Part shown: piece by piece, positions 1-8,185 of the stretch
How the letters are laid out: each line of letters starts with the position of its first letter
Numbering within the stretch: position 1 is the first letter of the stretch
Translations under genes and position numbers: made by a program
Notes under the pieces: generated by a model
The model's input: only the letters and a program-made list of their open reading frames with translations
What the model was told of the DNA's origin: nothing
The model's database searches: none
Assembly (NCBI GenBank): GCA_903944345.1
Contig: CAJARJ010000001.1
Span: 12,339-76,338 of the forward strand
Source of the DNA: Candidatus Omnitrophota bacterium
Lineage (GTDB): Bacteria > Omnitrophota > Gorgyraeia > Zapsychrales > Fredricksoniimonadaceae
Direction: 5' to 3'
Length of the DNA: 64,000 nt

Positions 1-140
1 TCGACTTCGCTGTTAAAATCTCTCTGGTAAACCTCCCATGCCTCAGGGTCCCTGTCCAGTTCTCTCCGAAGAAAAGAGGACTGCCGACGATAATAATACA
101 GCAACCTATTTAAAGAAGGATTTTCCAGAACCAAGCTCAT
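1..140 (-). CDS. 5' part of a hypothetical protein running off the left edge (MSLVLENPSLNRLLYYYRRQSSFLRRELDRDPEAWEVYQRDFNSEV...)
   Basis: Manual translation: ATG at 140 preceded by a GAGGTG Shine-Dalgarno; frame stays open to the window edge. Confidence 0.55.
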   Translation of the reverse strand, partial: MSLVLENPSLNRLLYYYRRQSSFLRRELDRDPEAWEVYQRDFNSEV

Positions 141-181
141 AGCGCATCACCTCAAGTTTGACTGCTTATGACTGCTTATAT

Positions 182-213
182 AAAAAAAATCGGGCTAATA
201 TAGCCCGATTTTT
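182..213. terminator. Probable bidirectional intrinsic terminator
   Basis: AAAAATCGGGCTA-ATA-TAGCCCGATTTTT perfect stem flanked by A/T runs. Confidence 0.6.
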
Positions 214-415
214 AATATTTAAATGTTCTGTTGAGCGCATGCCGATAGAATCACGCACGCCCCCCAAACTCATCCTGTGCCATTCGATAACATGAAAACA
301 GGATCAAACAATTATTATGTCCTGACGTCCACATAGGTCGTTATTGTAACATAAGAAAACTTTCTTTTCAATCCTTTATCATCATCTGCATCGAAGCTGC
401 TACACACTTGCCAAT

Positions 416-444
416 AAAAAACCCGCGTCTTTATGGACGCGGGT
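416..444 (-). terminator. Intrinsic terminator downstream of the 66-aa gene
   Basis: Minus strand ACCCGCGTC-CATAAA-GACGCGGGT followed by TTTTT. Confidence 0.7.
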
Positions 445-466
445 CAGAAAAATAAGCAACAATCTA

Positions 467-667
467 TCAGGCGGATTTTTCAGCAGCAGCTGCAGCTTCT
501 GCCGCCAGCTTGGCCTTGGCCTCAGCCTCTTTCTTTGCCTGAGCCTGCCAAGCAGATTTATTAACATAATACTTTCCGTTACGATAATAACGCTTCTTGC
601 GCTTGATCGCTTTTCCGGTATTCGCACATTTGAACTTCCACTCATTCTGCGGCTTAACCTTACCCAT
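467..667 (-). CDS. Small basic protein (66 aa), possible degenerate TRASH/L24e-like treble-clef
   Basis: AAGGAAG RBS, its own promoter-like sequence and terminator; Lys/Arg-rich core CANTGKAIKRKKRYYRNGKYY and Ala/Glu/Lys helical tail. Confidence 0.7.
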   Translation of the reverse strand: MGKVKPQNEWKFKCANTGKAIKRKKRYYRNGKYYVNKSAWQAQAKKEAEAKAKLAAEAAAAAEKSA

Positions 668-739
668 GTTCTTCCTTTTTTCTCAAGAGACTATATCCTG
701 ACGGACAATTCCGCGGGAAAATTTCTGCTTGAAGCGCAA

Positions 740-768
740 ATTATACCCATCTTCCCCAAAATCCGCAA
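740..768 (-). promoter_or_regulatory. Sigma70-type promoter for the 467-667 gene
   Basis: TTGCGG-17 bp-TATAAT on the minus strand. Confidence 0.5.
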
Positions 769-894
769 GAAAAATTTACTCTCTAGCCCAATAATACTAA
801 TCTTGCGCTTTTCCTTAAAAAACAGAACAACTGACTTGATTTCCTCCAGACCAACCCCTTGTTTTCATCCGGATATGTGCTAGACTCTAGAAGT

Positions 895-1386
895 ATGAAG
901 AACCTGTTGCCTGTTTTAATAAGTATTGTTCTCTTCGTGCCGAACGCTTGGTCGGCAGGGAAAACTGTAACCCTTAAAGACGGGTCGCGAATTAACGGTC
1001 AGATCGTAGGCATGAGTAACGGCAATTACATTCTTAAGAGTGCTGTAGGAGAAATTGCTGTCCCTGAAAATTCGGTAACCAGTATTGTTACCCAAGACGG
1101 CCTCTCTCCACAAAACACCCCTGCAGCTCAATCTAAAAACAGCACTATGAGCGCCCAAATCCAGGCTGTACAGGGGCAAATGCTTTCTGATCCGTCAATA
1201 CTCACGGACATCCAAGCCCTAGCTCAGGATCCGGACATGATCGCCGCCTTATCTGATCCGGCATTTATCCAAGCAGTACAAAACCAGGATTTGCAAACGA
1301 TTGAATCCAGCCCTCAGTTCCAGAAGCTCATGAACAATCCCGGCATCCGTGCTCTGATGGGCAAAATGGCTCCCAGCCTCGAATAA
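895..1386 (+). CDS. Secreted protein with N-terminal small beta (Sm-like) domain and C-terminal STI1/DP-like helical repeats
   Basis: Signal peptide MKNLLPVLISIVLFVPNAWSA from ATG 895; 'VTLKDGSRINGQIV' and 'MLSDP..QDPDMIAALSDP..LMNNP' motifs. Confidence 0.65.
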   Translation: MKNLLPVLISIVLFVPNAWSAGKTVTLKDGSRINGQIVGMSNGNYILKSAVGEIAVPENSVTSIVTQDGLSPQNTPAAQSKNSTMSAQIQAVQGQMLSDPSILTDIQALAQDPDMIAALSDPAFIQAVQNQDLQTIESSPQFQKLMNNPGIRALMGKMAPSLE

Positions 1387-1393
1387 CATCCCT

Positions 1394-2467
1394 CTATTTT
1401 TTTTCACTTAACCGCAATTGTCCGCACGCAGCAGAAACATCCTTACCTCGCGCTCGACGCAGTGTGTAATGAAGACCAACCTCATCCAGCCGCTCTGTGA
1501 ACAACCGGATCTGATCTTTTGTCGGCGGCTTGTGACCAAATTCAGAAACAGGATTGCAAGGAATCAGATTCAGCTTGCACAACATCCCTTTCAACAATCG
1601 CCCAAGTTTTACAGCAGCTTCATCCGTGCAAGTTACCCCATCAATAAGAATATATTCAAAAGTAATCTGGCGATTGGTCTTGCGGATATATTCATGGCAG
1701 GCACGCACCAACTCCCCGACAGGATACTTCTTGTTAATCGGCATTAAAAGATTACGGGAAGCATCATCGTAACCGTGCAATGACACCGCCAGCTCAAACT
1801 GCATCCCTTGATCCGCCAATTCCTCAAAAACAGGAATCAGTCCTACTGTCGAAAGCGTTATATGCCTGGCGGCAATCCCCAATCCTTGCGGAGCATTGAT
1901 AATACGAATAGCCTTAAGAACATTGTCCAGGTTATCCAGCGGCTCACCTGTCCCCATAAACACAATATGCGACAACCTGCGCTGATGCTTGCGAGCCTCT
2001 TGCCTGACATGCAAAACCTGATAGAGAATTTCAGCACACGTCAAATTCCTGACCCAGCCACCAACCCCGCTGGCACAAAACTTGCAGCCGAACTTGCAGC
2101 CTGCCTGCGTTGAAATACAGGCCGTCACCCGTCCTGAAGTCGGGATAAGAACAGTCTCGACTTTCTGCTGATCCGTCAAATCAAAAAGAAATTTGATCGT
2201 GCCATCCACGGAAACAACCTGTCGGGCCACGACAATGGGATCAAAAAGAAAATCACCGTTCAGCCGCTGCCTTAATTCTGCCGGCAAGTTACGCATTTCA
2301 TCGAAAGACTGAACGCCTTCTTCATAAAGCCATTTAATAATCTGCCCGGCCCGGAAAGGCCGGTCAGAAAGTTCTGCGATATAAACGGAGATCTCTTCAA
2401 AAGACAGATCGTGGATATCGCGCTTGCGCGCCATCTGGCTGGGTGTCATGGCAGTTGCCGAAAGCAA
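1394..2467 (-). CDS. rlmN: 23S rRNA m2A2503 / tRNA methyltransferase RlmN (radical SAM)
   Basis: CISTQAGCKFGCKFCASG (CxxxCxxC), MGTGEPL, SLH, AACGQL motifs; true start may be slightly downstream. Confidence 0.95.
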   Translation of the reverse strand: MLSATAMTPSQMARKRDIHDLSFEEISVYIAELSDRPFRAGQIIKWLYEEGVQSFDEMRNLPAELRQRLNGDFLFDPIVVARQVVSVDGTIKFLFDLTDQQKVETVLIPTSGRVTACISTQAGCKFGCKFCASGVGGWVRNLTCAEILYQVLHVRQEARKHQRRLSHIVFMGTGEPLDNLDNVLKAIRIINAPQGLGIAARHITLSTVGLIPVFEELADQGMQFELAVSLHGYDDASRNLLMPINKKYPVGELVRACHEYIRKTNRQITFEYILIDGVTCTDEAAVKLGRLLKGMLCKLNLIPCNPVSEFGHKPPTKDQIRLFTERLDEVGLHYTLRRARGKDVSAACGQLRLSEKK

Positions 2468-3421
2468 TTATTTCGCAGAAACAAATTGACCAATAGAACG
2501 GAATTTTTGGTAACGCTGCTCGATTAAATCGTTCGTAGAAACCGCATTCAGCCGACGAATTTGGTTCAGAATCGACTCTTTAAGCCGGACAACCACCTGC
2601 TGAGGATCGTGATGAGCTCCACCCAGAGGTTCAGGAATGATTTCATCAATAATCCCAAACTTCACCAGATGTTCTCCCGTCAATTTAAGAGCCTCGGCCG
2701 CCTCCGGGGCTTTGGTCGCGCTGCGCCAGAGAATGGACGCGCACCCTTCCGGGGAAATAACCGAATAGTAAGCATTCTGCAGAATCATCACATAATCCGC
2801 CACTGCAATCCCGAGGGCGCCACCGCTACCTCCCTCACCAATCACAACAGCAACAACCGGAGTGCGCAAGCCAGCCATATCTCTCAGGTTTTCGGCGATA
2901 GCCTGAGCCTGTCCGCGTTCTTCAGCCCCGATCCCGGGGTAGGCTCCAGGGGTATCAATAAAAACAACCACCGGAAGACCGAATTTCTCGGCCAGACGCA
3001 TGGCCCGCATGGCCTTGCGATACCCTTCGGGATGCGCACACCCGAAGTTGCGCCTCAAATTCTCTGTGGTATCCCGGCCTTTCTGCTGGCCGATAACGAC
3101 CACCATCTCATCATCAATTCGGGCAAAACCGGTGATCATGGCCTGATCATCGGCAAACAAGCGATCTCCGTGGATTTCAAGAAAATCCGTCATCATCATA
3201 CTGATATAATCCAGCGTATACGGACGCTTGGGATGCCGGGCAATCTGAATACGCTGCCAGGCTGTGAGTTTGGAATAAACCTGAGCCTTGACCAACTCCA
3301 TCTTTTCCTGTAATTTCTGGATCTCCGGCAACAAATCCACATGCTTGCCTCCCAGACTCTGCAGCTCCGCAATCTTCTTTTGTATATCTGCAACCGGTTT
3401 CTCAAAATCCAGAACGCTCAT
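2468..3421 (-). CDS. accA: Acetyl-CoA carboxylase carboxyltransferase alpha subunit
   Basis: LDFEKP, ARHPKRP, DTPGAYPGIGAEERGQ, GEGGSGGALG; AAGGAGG RBS before ATG 3421. Confidence 0.96.
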   Translation of the reverse strand: MSVLDFEKPVADIQKKIAELQSLGGKHVDLLPEIQKLQEKMELVKAQVYSKLTAWQRIQIARHPKRPYTLDYISMMMTDFLEIHGDRLFADDQAMITGFARIDDEMVVVIGQQKGRDTTENLRRNFGCAHPEGYRKAMRAMRLAEKFGLPVVVFIDTPGAYPGIGAEERGQAQAIAENLRDMAGLRTPVVAVVIGEGGSGGALGIAVADYVMILQNAYYSVISPEGCASILWRSATKAPEAAEALKLTGEHLVKFGIIDEIIPEPLGGAHHDPQQVVVRLKESILNQIRRLNAVSTNDLIEQRYQKFRSIGQFVSAK

Positions 3422-3456
3422 AAGCCTCCTTGCAAAATGCCTTACTGAGGACGAAA

Positions 3457-4278
3457 TCAATCAACAACCGTCACCTCGGTGTTCCGGGGAAGAATTTTGT
3501 ACAATTCTTCGACTTCATGGTTGCGCATCCGGACGCAGCCAGCCGTAACCTGCTGACCAATCTTGTCCGGCTCCACCGTCCCATGAATACCATAACCCTC
3601 AATATCGAAACCCAACCAGCGGGTCCCCAACACATTGTCCGGGCTTTCCGGAGGAATAACGGCTCCAGCCTTGAACCAGACCGGATTTTCCAGCTTGGTT
3701 GTAATCTTGAACGTGCCCACCGGCGTAGAATTATTAGCACCGGTAGAAACATGATAGACTTTCCAGACTTCGTCGTTGCTCTTGAGTATAAGAACATTTT
3801 GTGATTTGTCGACATGCACACTAAATTTACCGTTCCAGATACGTAAGCGCTGTCCGAGCCTGACCGTATCCCCGGGAAGATTGTTCGAAACCCGGATTAA
3901 ATCCTTTGTTTCGTTATACTTGGCAGAAATCTTGCCCAAAGTGTCACCCGCAACAACTTCATGAATCGTTGTCTGGGGCGTTTGTAAACTCGAAAAAAGA
4001 ATTTCCATATTTATCCGGTACAACGCTTCCTGAACAGTTTCGATATTTTTATAATCGGAATGCTCGCTAAGAATCTGTTGAAAAACCGACTTGGCCTCAA
4101 GCTTCTTTCCTTCACCAGCCAAAGCCTCTGCCTGGGTAAAAAGATCATCCGCCGGAGATGCCGCCAGATTGATCTTGCCTCCGGCCTGCCCACAACCGGC
4201 CAGAAACAACCCGGCAGATACTACCGCCACTCCCCAGATTAACCTTAAATTTCTCACATCTTCCCCCTTGCAACTCAA
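3457..4278 (-). CDS. Lipoprotein with TPR-like helix, LysM and L,D-transpeptidase (YkuD) domains
   Basis: Lipobox LAGC; LysM 'HEVVAGDTLGKIS'; YkuD 'YGIHGT..IGQQVTAGCVRM'. Confidence 0.9.
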   Translation of the reverse strand: MSCKGEDVRNLRLIWGVAVVSAGLFLAGCGQAGGKINLAASPADDLFTQAEALAGEGKKLEAKSVFQQILSEHSDYKNIETVQEALYRINMEILFSSLQTPQTTIHEVVAGDTLGKISAKYNETKDLIRVSNNLPGDTVRLGQRLRIWNGKFSVHVDKSQNVLILKSNDEVWKVYHVSTGANNSTPVGTFKITTKLENPVWFKAGAVIPPESPDNVLGTRWLGFDIEGYGIHGTVEPDKIGQQVTAGCVRMRNHEVEELYKILPRNTEVTVVD

Positions 4279-4739
4279 TAAAAAAGAACCGTTAAGCCTA
4301 TCCCCAGCAAAGAACCGACCAGCACCTGGAAAGGAGTGTGCCCCACAAATTCCCGGATACGAATCATATCGACTTTTTGATGGAAGTACATATCATCTAC
4401 AACCCGATTAAGAATTTCTGCCTGTTCGCCCGTGGAACGCCGTACCCCCTGGGCATCAAACATGGTCACCATCGCGAAAATTGCAGCCAACGCGAAAAAA
4501 CCGGAATGAAAACCAAATTCAATTCCGCAGGCCGTGGCCAACGCAGCTACACCGGCCGCGTGGCTGGAAGGCATCCCTCCGGTTCCAATTAACCACTTAA
4601 AATTAAACCTCTTGCCTCTTATGAGGTTAGTTACAATCTTGATAAACTGCCCGACCACCCAGACCAGCAAGGTCACAATAAGAATTCTGTTGTGCGCCAG
4701 CTGCAGGAAAATCTCTTTTAATTCGGATATATTGTTCAT
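4275..4739 (-). CDS. Divergent PAP2 family (DUF212) membrane protein
   Basis: GTGGMPSSH, DAQGVRR, GHTPFQV motifs. Confidence 0.9.
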   Translation of the reverse strand: MNNISELKEIFLQLAHNRILIVTLLVWVVGQFIKIVTNLIRGKRFNFKWLIGTGGMPSSHAAGVAALATACGIEFGFHSGFFALAAIFAMVTMFDAQGVRRSTGEQAEILNRVVDDMYFHQKVDMIRIREFVGHTPFQVLVGSLLGIGLTVLFY

Positions 4740-4820
4740 GATCCCGGACCAGGATAGGCTTTTTCTGGATTAAAAACACGAATAACGAGATGTCGGCAAA
4801 GAACGCCTGAAACTGAAGTC

Positions 4821-4848
4821 ATTATAAAGGGGAAGAAACAAAAATCAA
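4821..4848 (-). promoter_or_regulatory. Possible sigma70 promoter of the DUF212-ldt-accA-rlmN unit
   Basis: TTGATT-16 bp-TATAAT on the minus strand. Confidence 0.4.
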
Positions 4849-4897
4849 GCAAAAGAAGGTTCAACCCGCATTTCGACTTTCTAAAGAAAGATTCGGG

Positions 4898-7800
4898 TTA
4901 AAGGCGAATCCAGCCACCAAAAGATTTTACCGGAGCAATTCCTGTTATTACCGGGACAAGGCTGTCAATATTTACAACCTCTGAAATCATGGCCCAATCC
5001 AAAGAGAACGTTTGTCCCGAACGCTCCAAGGGAATTGCACCAGTATCCAGATCGATACCGCCATAACCAGAATCTTCCACAACGGCTGCGGGGTCTTCTA
5101 TTTCCATAAAGTCACCCCCAGAAAGGCGGGAAAAAACCCGGACTCCACCGTCTTCCCCGGTCATCCGAACAGTGTCTATCTGCTTGCTTTCATCTTCTTT
5201 TAAAGCTGCAATAAGATCATCCAGATGCAAAAGACCTTGAATCAGCGGAGCTTTCTGCGTCATTTGCTCAAACAAAAAGTCTGGCATTAACAAATGACCT
5301 GTAGAAGTCCGCCGAGTACTTTCCTCCACAAGGCTCAGTGCATTTTCTCTTGTAGCCGCGACCCGGAAGCTGCCCAAATCTTTAAGCTCGAACAAGCGTC
5401 CTGGCGTAAGCTTATAACCATCTGCAAGCATTATTGTAATCTCATCTCCACCCATCCGGGTCACGAAGTCCTCAATGCCCCAGAATCTTAACTTTTCAAC
5501 AACCCTGTTATATGCCTCTTGAAACTGAATAGTCACCCGGTCAGCCGCCGTTCTCATCAGGGCTTCCCATTGGTCTGAAGAAACCTTGCCCATGCTTTGC
5601 AAAAGAACCTGAAATTCTTCTGCATTCCGCAAACCAAGCCCCACAACATCCATCGCAATGATAGCCGGGTAACGATAACCTGACGCTCTAATGAAAAAAG
5701 CAAATTCGGAGTCTACCTCCGGCAACTTGCTGTTGCTAGAAACAAATTTCACCGCAGTATTTATAAAGGCCTCTGTCCTGGGATCATACGCTATTCTAAA
5801 ATCTTCCTGCTTGTTTCGAATCAATTCACGCAAAGCATTAACCAGAACAAGAACCCGCTGCGCACGATGCCTGGCCCGAATCGGGTCAGTTGACCACTGT
5901 TTGATATAATCTACCGTTTTCAGCAAACTGTAGTACCGCTGAAGTTTCCGATAACTTCCTTCATTGTCAATCAAAAACCGTTCATCAGGACTAAAATCCT
6001 GCCAAGCCGTTCCTTTACGTAACGGTTTCAAAATCTCCGGCTTTAACAACCCGAAAACAACGCCTTCTCGTTCTTGCTCATTAAAGAATCCTTCGCGGGT
6101 CAACTCTTGCCGCAACTGATTCTCTTCGTCAATAACCTCCTGCATATGCTCCTCATAAAACCTGGAGCTGCCGCCAAGCAGTCCTAACGCTGCGAAAGCA
6201 ATCATACGCTCTGCCTGCATAACCGCTTCTGTCTGATTTGTATATCCATCGCCAGTTTCGGCAACACGACTGATCCCATAAGGGAGCGGAAAAAGATATT
6301 CTTCATTAGGACCGGTCAAACTTATCTGCCCTGCAGAAACCTGCGGCGAGGCTAACTCCAGAGAAAGCCTTTCCGTGATCGAAGCAACTGCTCTTTGCCG
6401 GGCACGAACCACGCGCTGCTCAAACTGCAGGTCATTAAAGTCTGCATCATTATCAAAAGTGTAAATCGTGGTCTTGTAATCCGACAACACTATACGGGGG
6501 ACAAGCCCTTCGCTTTGTAAAGCTTTCGTTAAATAGGATCGTGTATCCGCAATCACAAGATTATTCAAAGATTCCCCCAGAATAGCATTAAGATCTTTAA
6601 GCCCCAAACGCCCGGGCGCACTACCCGGACGCTGAAAGACAACGACGCGCCGACCGGAGGGAATGGACATGATCCCCGCCAATGGAGCCGAGCGCAAAAG
6701 TTGCTCGATCAGCACCCTAATGTCCTCAACAGAAATCCGTACTCCTCGCCGATAGAGATCAACAGTCCGGTAAATTCTTTCTATCCAGATAATTTTGCGG
6801 GCCATACGCTGAGCATGTTCCTGCTTCTGCTCAGCCGTCAGTTCGGCCAGATCCAAAGACTCTTCCGGAACAAACTCGAACAACAACGAGGGCTCCTGAT
6901 CTTCCGGAACCAAGGCCATGCCGGTCGCAAACTCCCTGGTTACAGCCAGCAACGCTCCGGATACAACTGCATCCGCAGCTGTCTGCGCCCGATCCAAGGG
7001 AAAATTCTCAACAAAATTAACACCGCCAGAAAAATACCGCCGAGCAATAACTTCTGAATAATCAACGGACACCTCTTCCCGAATCAGAGAAAAAGCTCCC
7101 TTACGAAACGCTTCCATGTAGCGCCCGTAAAGCTGCTTACTGTCATCCGGCCCGGCCAGGTCTATGCCCTTAACCTTGTTCTGCCCGGTATAGCCGGCAT
7201 TAAGAGGACTTCCGGTCAAACCTTCCTTATACCATCTCGCCAAAATAAGCGAATGGTAAATCTGCCGTAGCGGCGCAAAATGATCCGCTTCGTTCACCGC
7301 CTGCTCCAGAAGCGGCACGATCACCTCGCGCAAGATATCATCCATCTGCAAATCCGGCATTGTCTCTGCCGCCGCCGGCTGTTCCCCGGCCTGCGAATGC
7401 GACGAGCGATACTCGCGATCCAGAAGAACCTTTAAGCGGGCTTCAAGAATAATCACCCGGCCGTTATCCTCATATATCCTGGCCTTCGCCGGAGTTACCC
7501 AGACCCTGTTTAGCACATCCGTAGGGACTTCCGTATTGCCGTACATCTCGTAGGCCTTTCGATAAACCTCGGCCCAGAAGCGCTTCCCGCTGACGCTGTC
7601 GGGATGAAGCATAGACGCGGACACCTGCTTAAGCAGATAATCCTGCGCCAGCAAATCTCTTCCCATTTCTGTTCTGGAGAAATCTTCCGGAATAATCCGG
7701 TCTTTGTCATAAGGAGAAAGGTTAACCCATAATTCGCCGGCAGGCACGGTCAGTGCCGCCAGAAAGTAGCGGATCAATCGGGCAGATTCATCTTTAAAAT

Positions 7801-8095
7801 CGTCGGGCTGACCGGAAAGGTTTCCTGTATCGAGAAGAAAGCTGAATTGAAACGGCTTTTGAGGGTCAATTTGCATGCCCTTGAGCACGGGAGGCGTCAG
7901 CGGACGGCCAGGACTGACCATGACACCAGGCATGGGCAATTGGCCAGGAACCGAAAATGTCTCGGCACGAAGCGGTAAAGGTAATGTGAAACAATAAGCT
8001 ACAACAAGAAAACTGGCAATAACCCGACGAAGAAATCCTGCAAAAAAAACAAATACCGACATGACCTCATCCCACCTTCTATTAACCCAAATCAC
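4898..8095 (-). CDS. Secreted modular protein, paralog 1: conserved N-domain + GGDEF-like cargo + C-terminal GGIDL motif
   Basis: Signal peptide-like N-terminus (start probably 8062); LWVNLSPYDKDRIIP..TEMGRDLLAQDY shared with two other ORFs; FVTRMGGDEITIML; GGIDL. Confidence 0.85.
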   Translation of the reverse strand: MIWVNRRWDEVMSVFVFFAGFLRRVIASFLVVAYCFTLPLPLRAETFSVPGQLPMPGVMVSPGRPLTPPVLKGMQIDPQKPFQFSFLLDTGNLSGQPDDFKDESARLIRYFLAALTVPAGELWVNLSPYDKDRIIPEDFSRTEMGRDLLAQDYLLKQVSASMLHPDSVSGKRFWAEVYRKAYEMYGNTEVPTDVLNRVWVTPAKARIYEDNGRVIILEARLKVLLDREYRSSHSQAGEQPAAAETMPDLQMDDILREVIVPLLEQAVNEADHFAPLRQIYHSLILARWYKEGLTGSPLNAGYTGQNKVKGIDLAGPDDSKQLYGRYMEAFRKGAFSLIREEVSVDYSEVIARRYFSGGVNFVENFPLDRAQTAADAVVSGALLAVTREFATGMALVPEDQEPSLLFEFVPEESLDLAELTAEQKQEHAQRMARKIIWIERIYRTVDLYRRGVRISVEDIRVLIEQLLRSAPLAGIMSIPSGRRVVVFQRPGSAPGRLGLKDLNAILGESLNNLVIADTRSYLTKALQSEGLVPRIVLSDYKTTIYTFDNDADFNDLQFEQRVVRARQRAVASITERLSLELASPQVSAGQISLTGPNEEYLFPLPYGISRVAETGDGYTNQTEAVMQAERMIAFAALGLLGGSSRFYEEHMQEVIDEENQLRQELTREGFFNEQEREGVVFGLLKPEILKPLRKGTAWQDFSPDERFLIDNEGSYRKLQRYYSLLKTVDYIKQWSTDPIRARHRAQRVLVLVNALRELIRNKQEDFRIAYDPRTEAFINTAVKFVSSNSKLPEVDSEFAFFIRASGYRYPAIIAMDVVGLGLRNAEEFQVLLQSMGKVSSDQWEALMRTAADRVTIQFQEAYNRVVEKLRFWGIEDFVTRMGGDEITIMLADGYKLTPGRLFELKDLGSFRVAATRENALSLVEESTRRTSTGHLLMPDFLFEQMTQKAPLIQGLLHLDDLIAALKEDESKQIDTVRMTGEDGGVRVFSRLSGGDFMEIEDPAAVVEDSGYGGIDLDTGAIPLERSGQTFSLDWAMISEVVNIDSLVPVITGIAPVKSFGGWIRL

Positions 8096-8185
8096 TAATA
8101 ATTATTTGATAAACATATAAAATATAACAAACTATATCCTGTATTATGTACTTTGGCAAGGATCGAGGAAACCCCGAATCCGAAT

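Noticed and set aside
214-400. Possible small ORF or RNA between the two hairpins
   Set aside because: No convincing RBS/ORF and no tRNA or known ncRNA structure recognised
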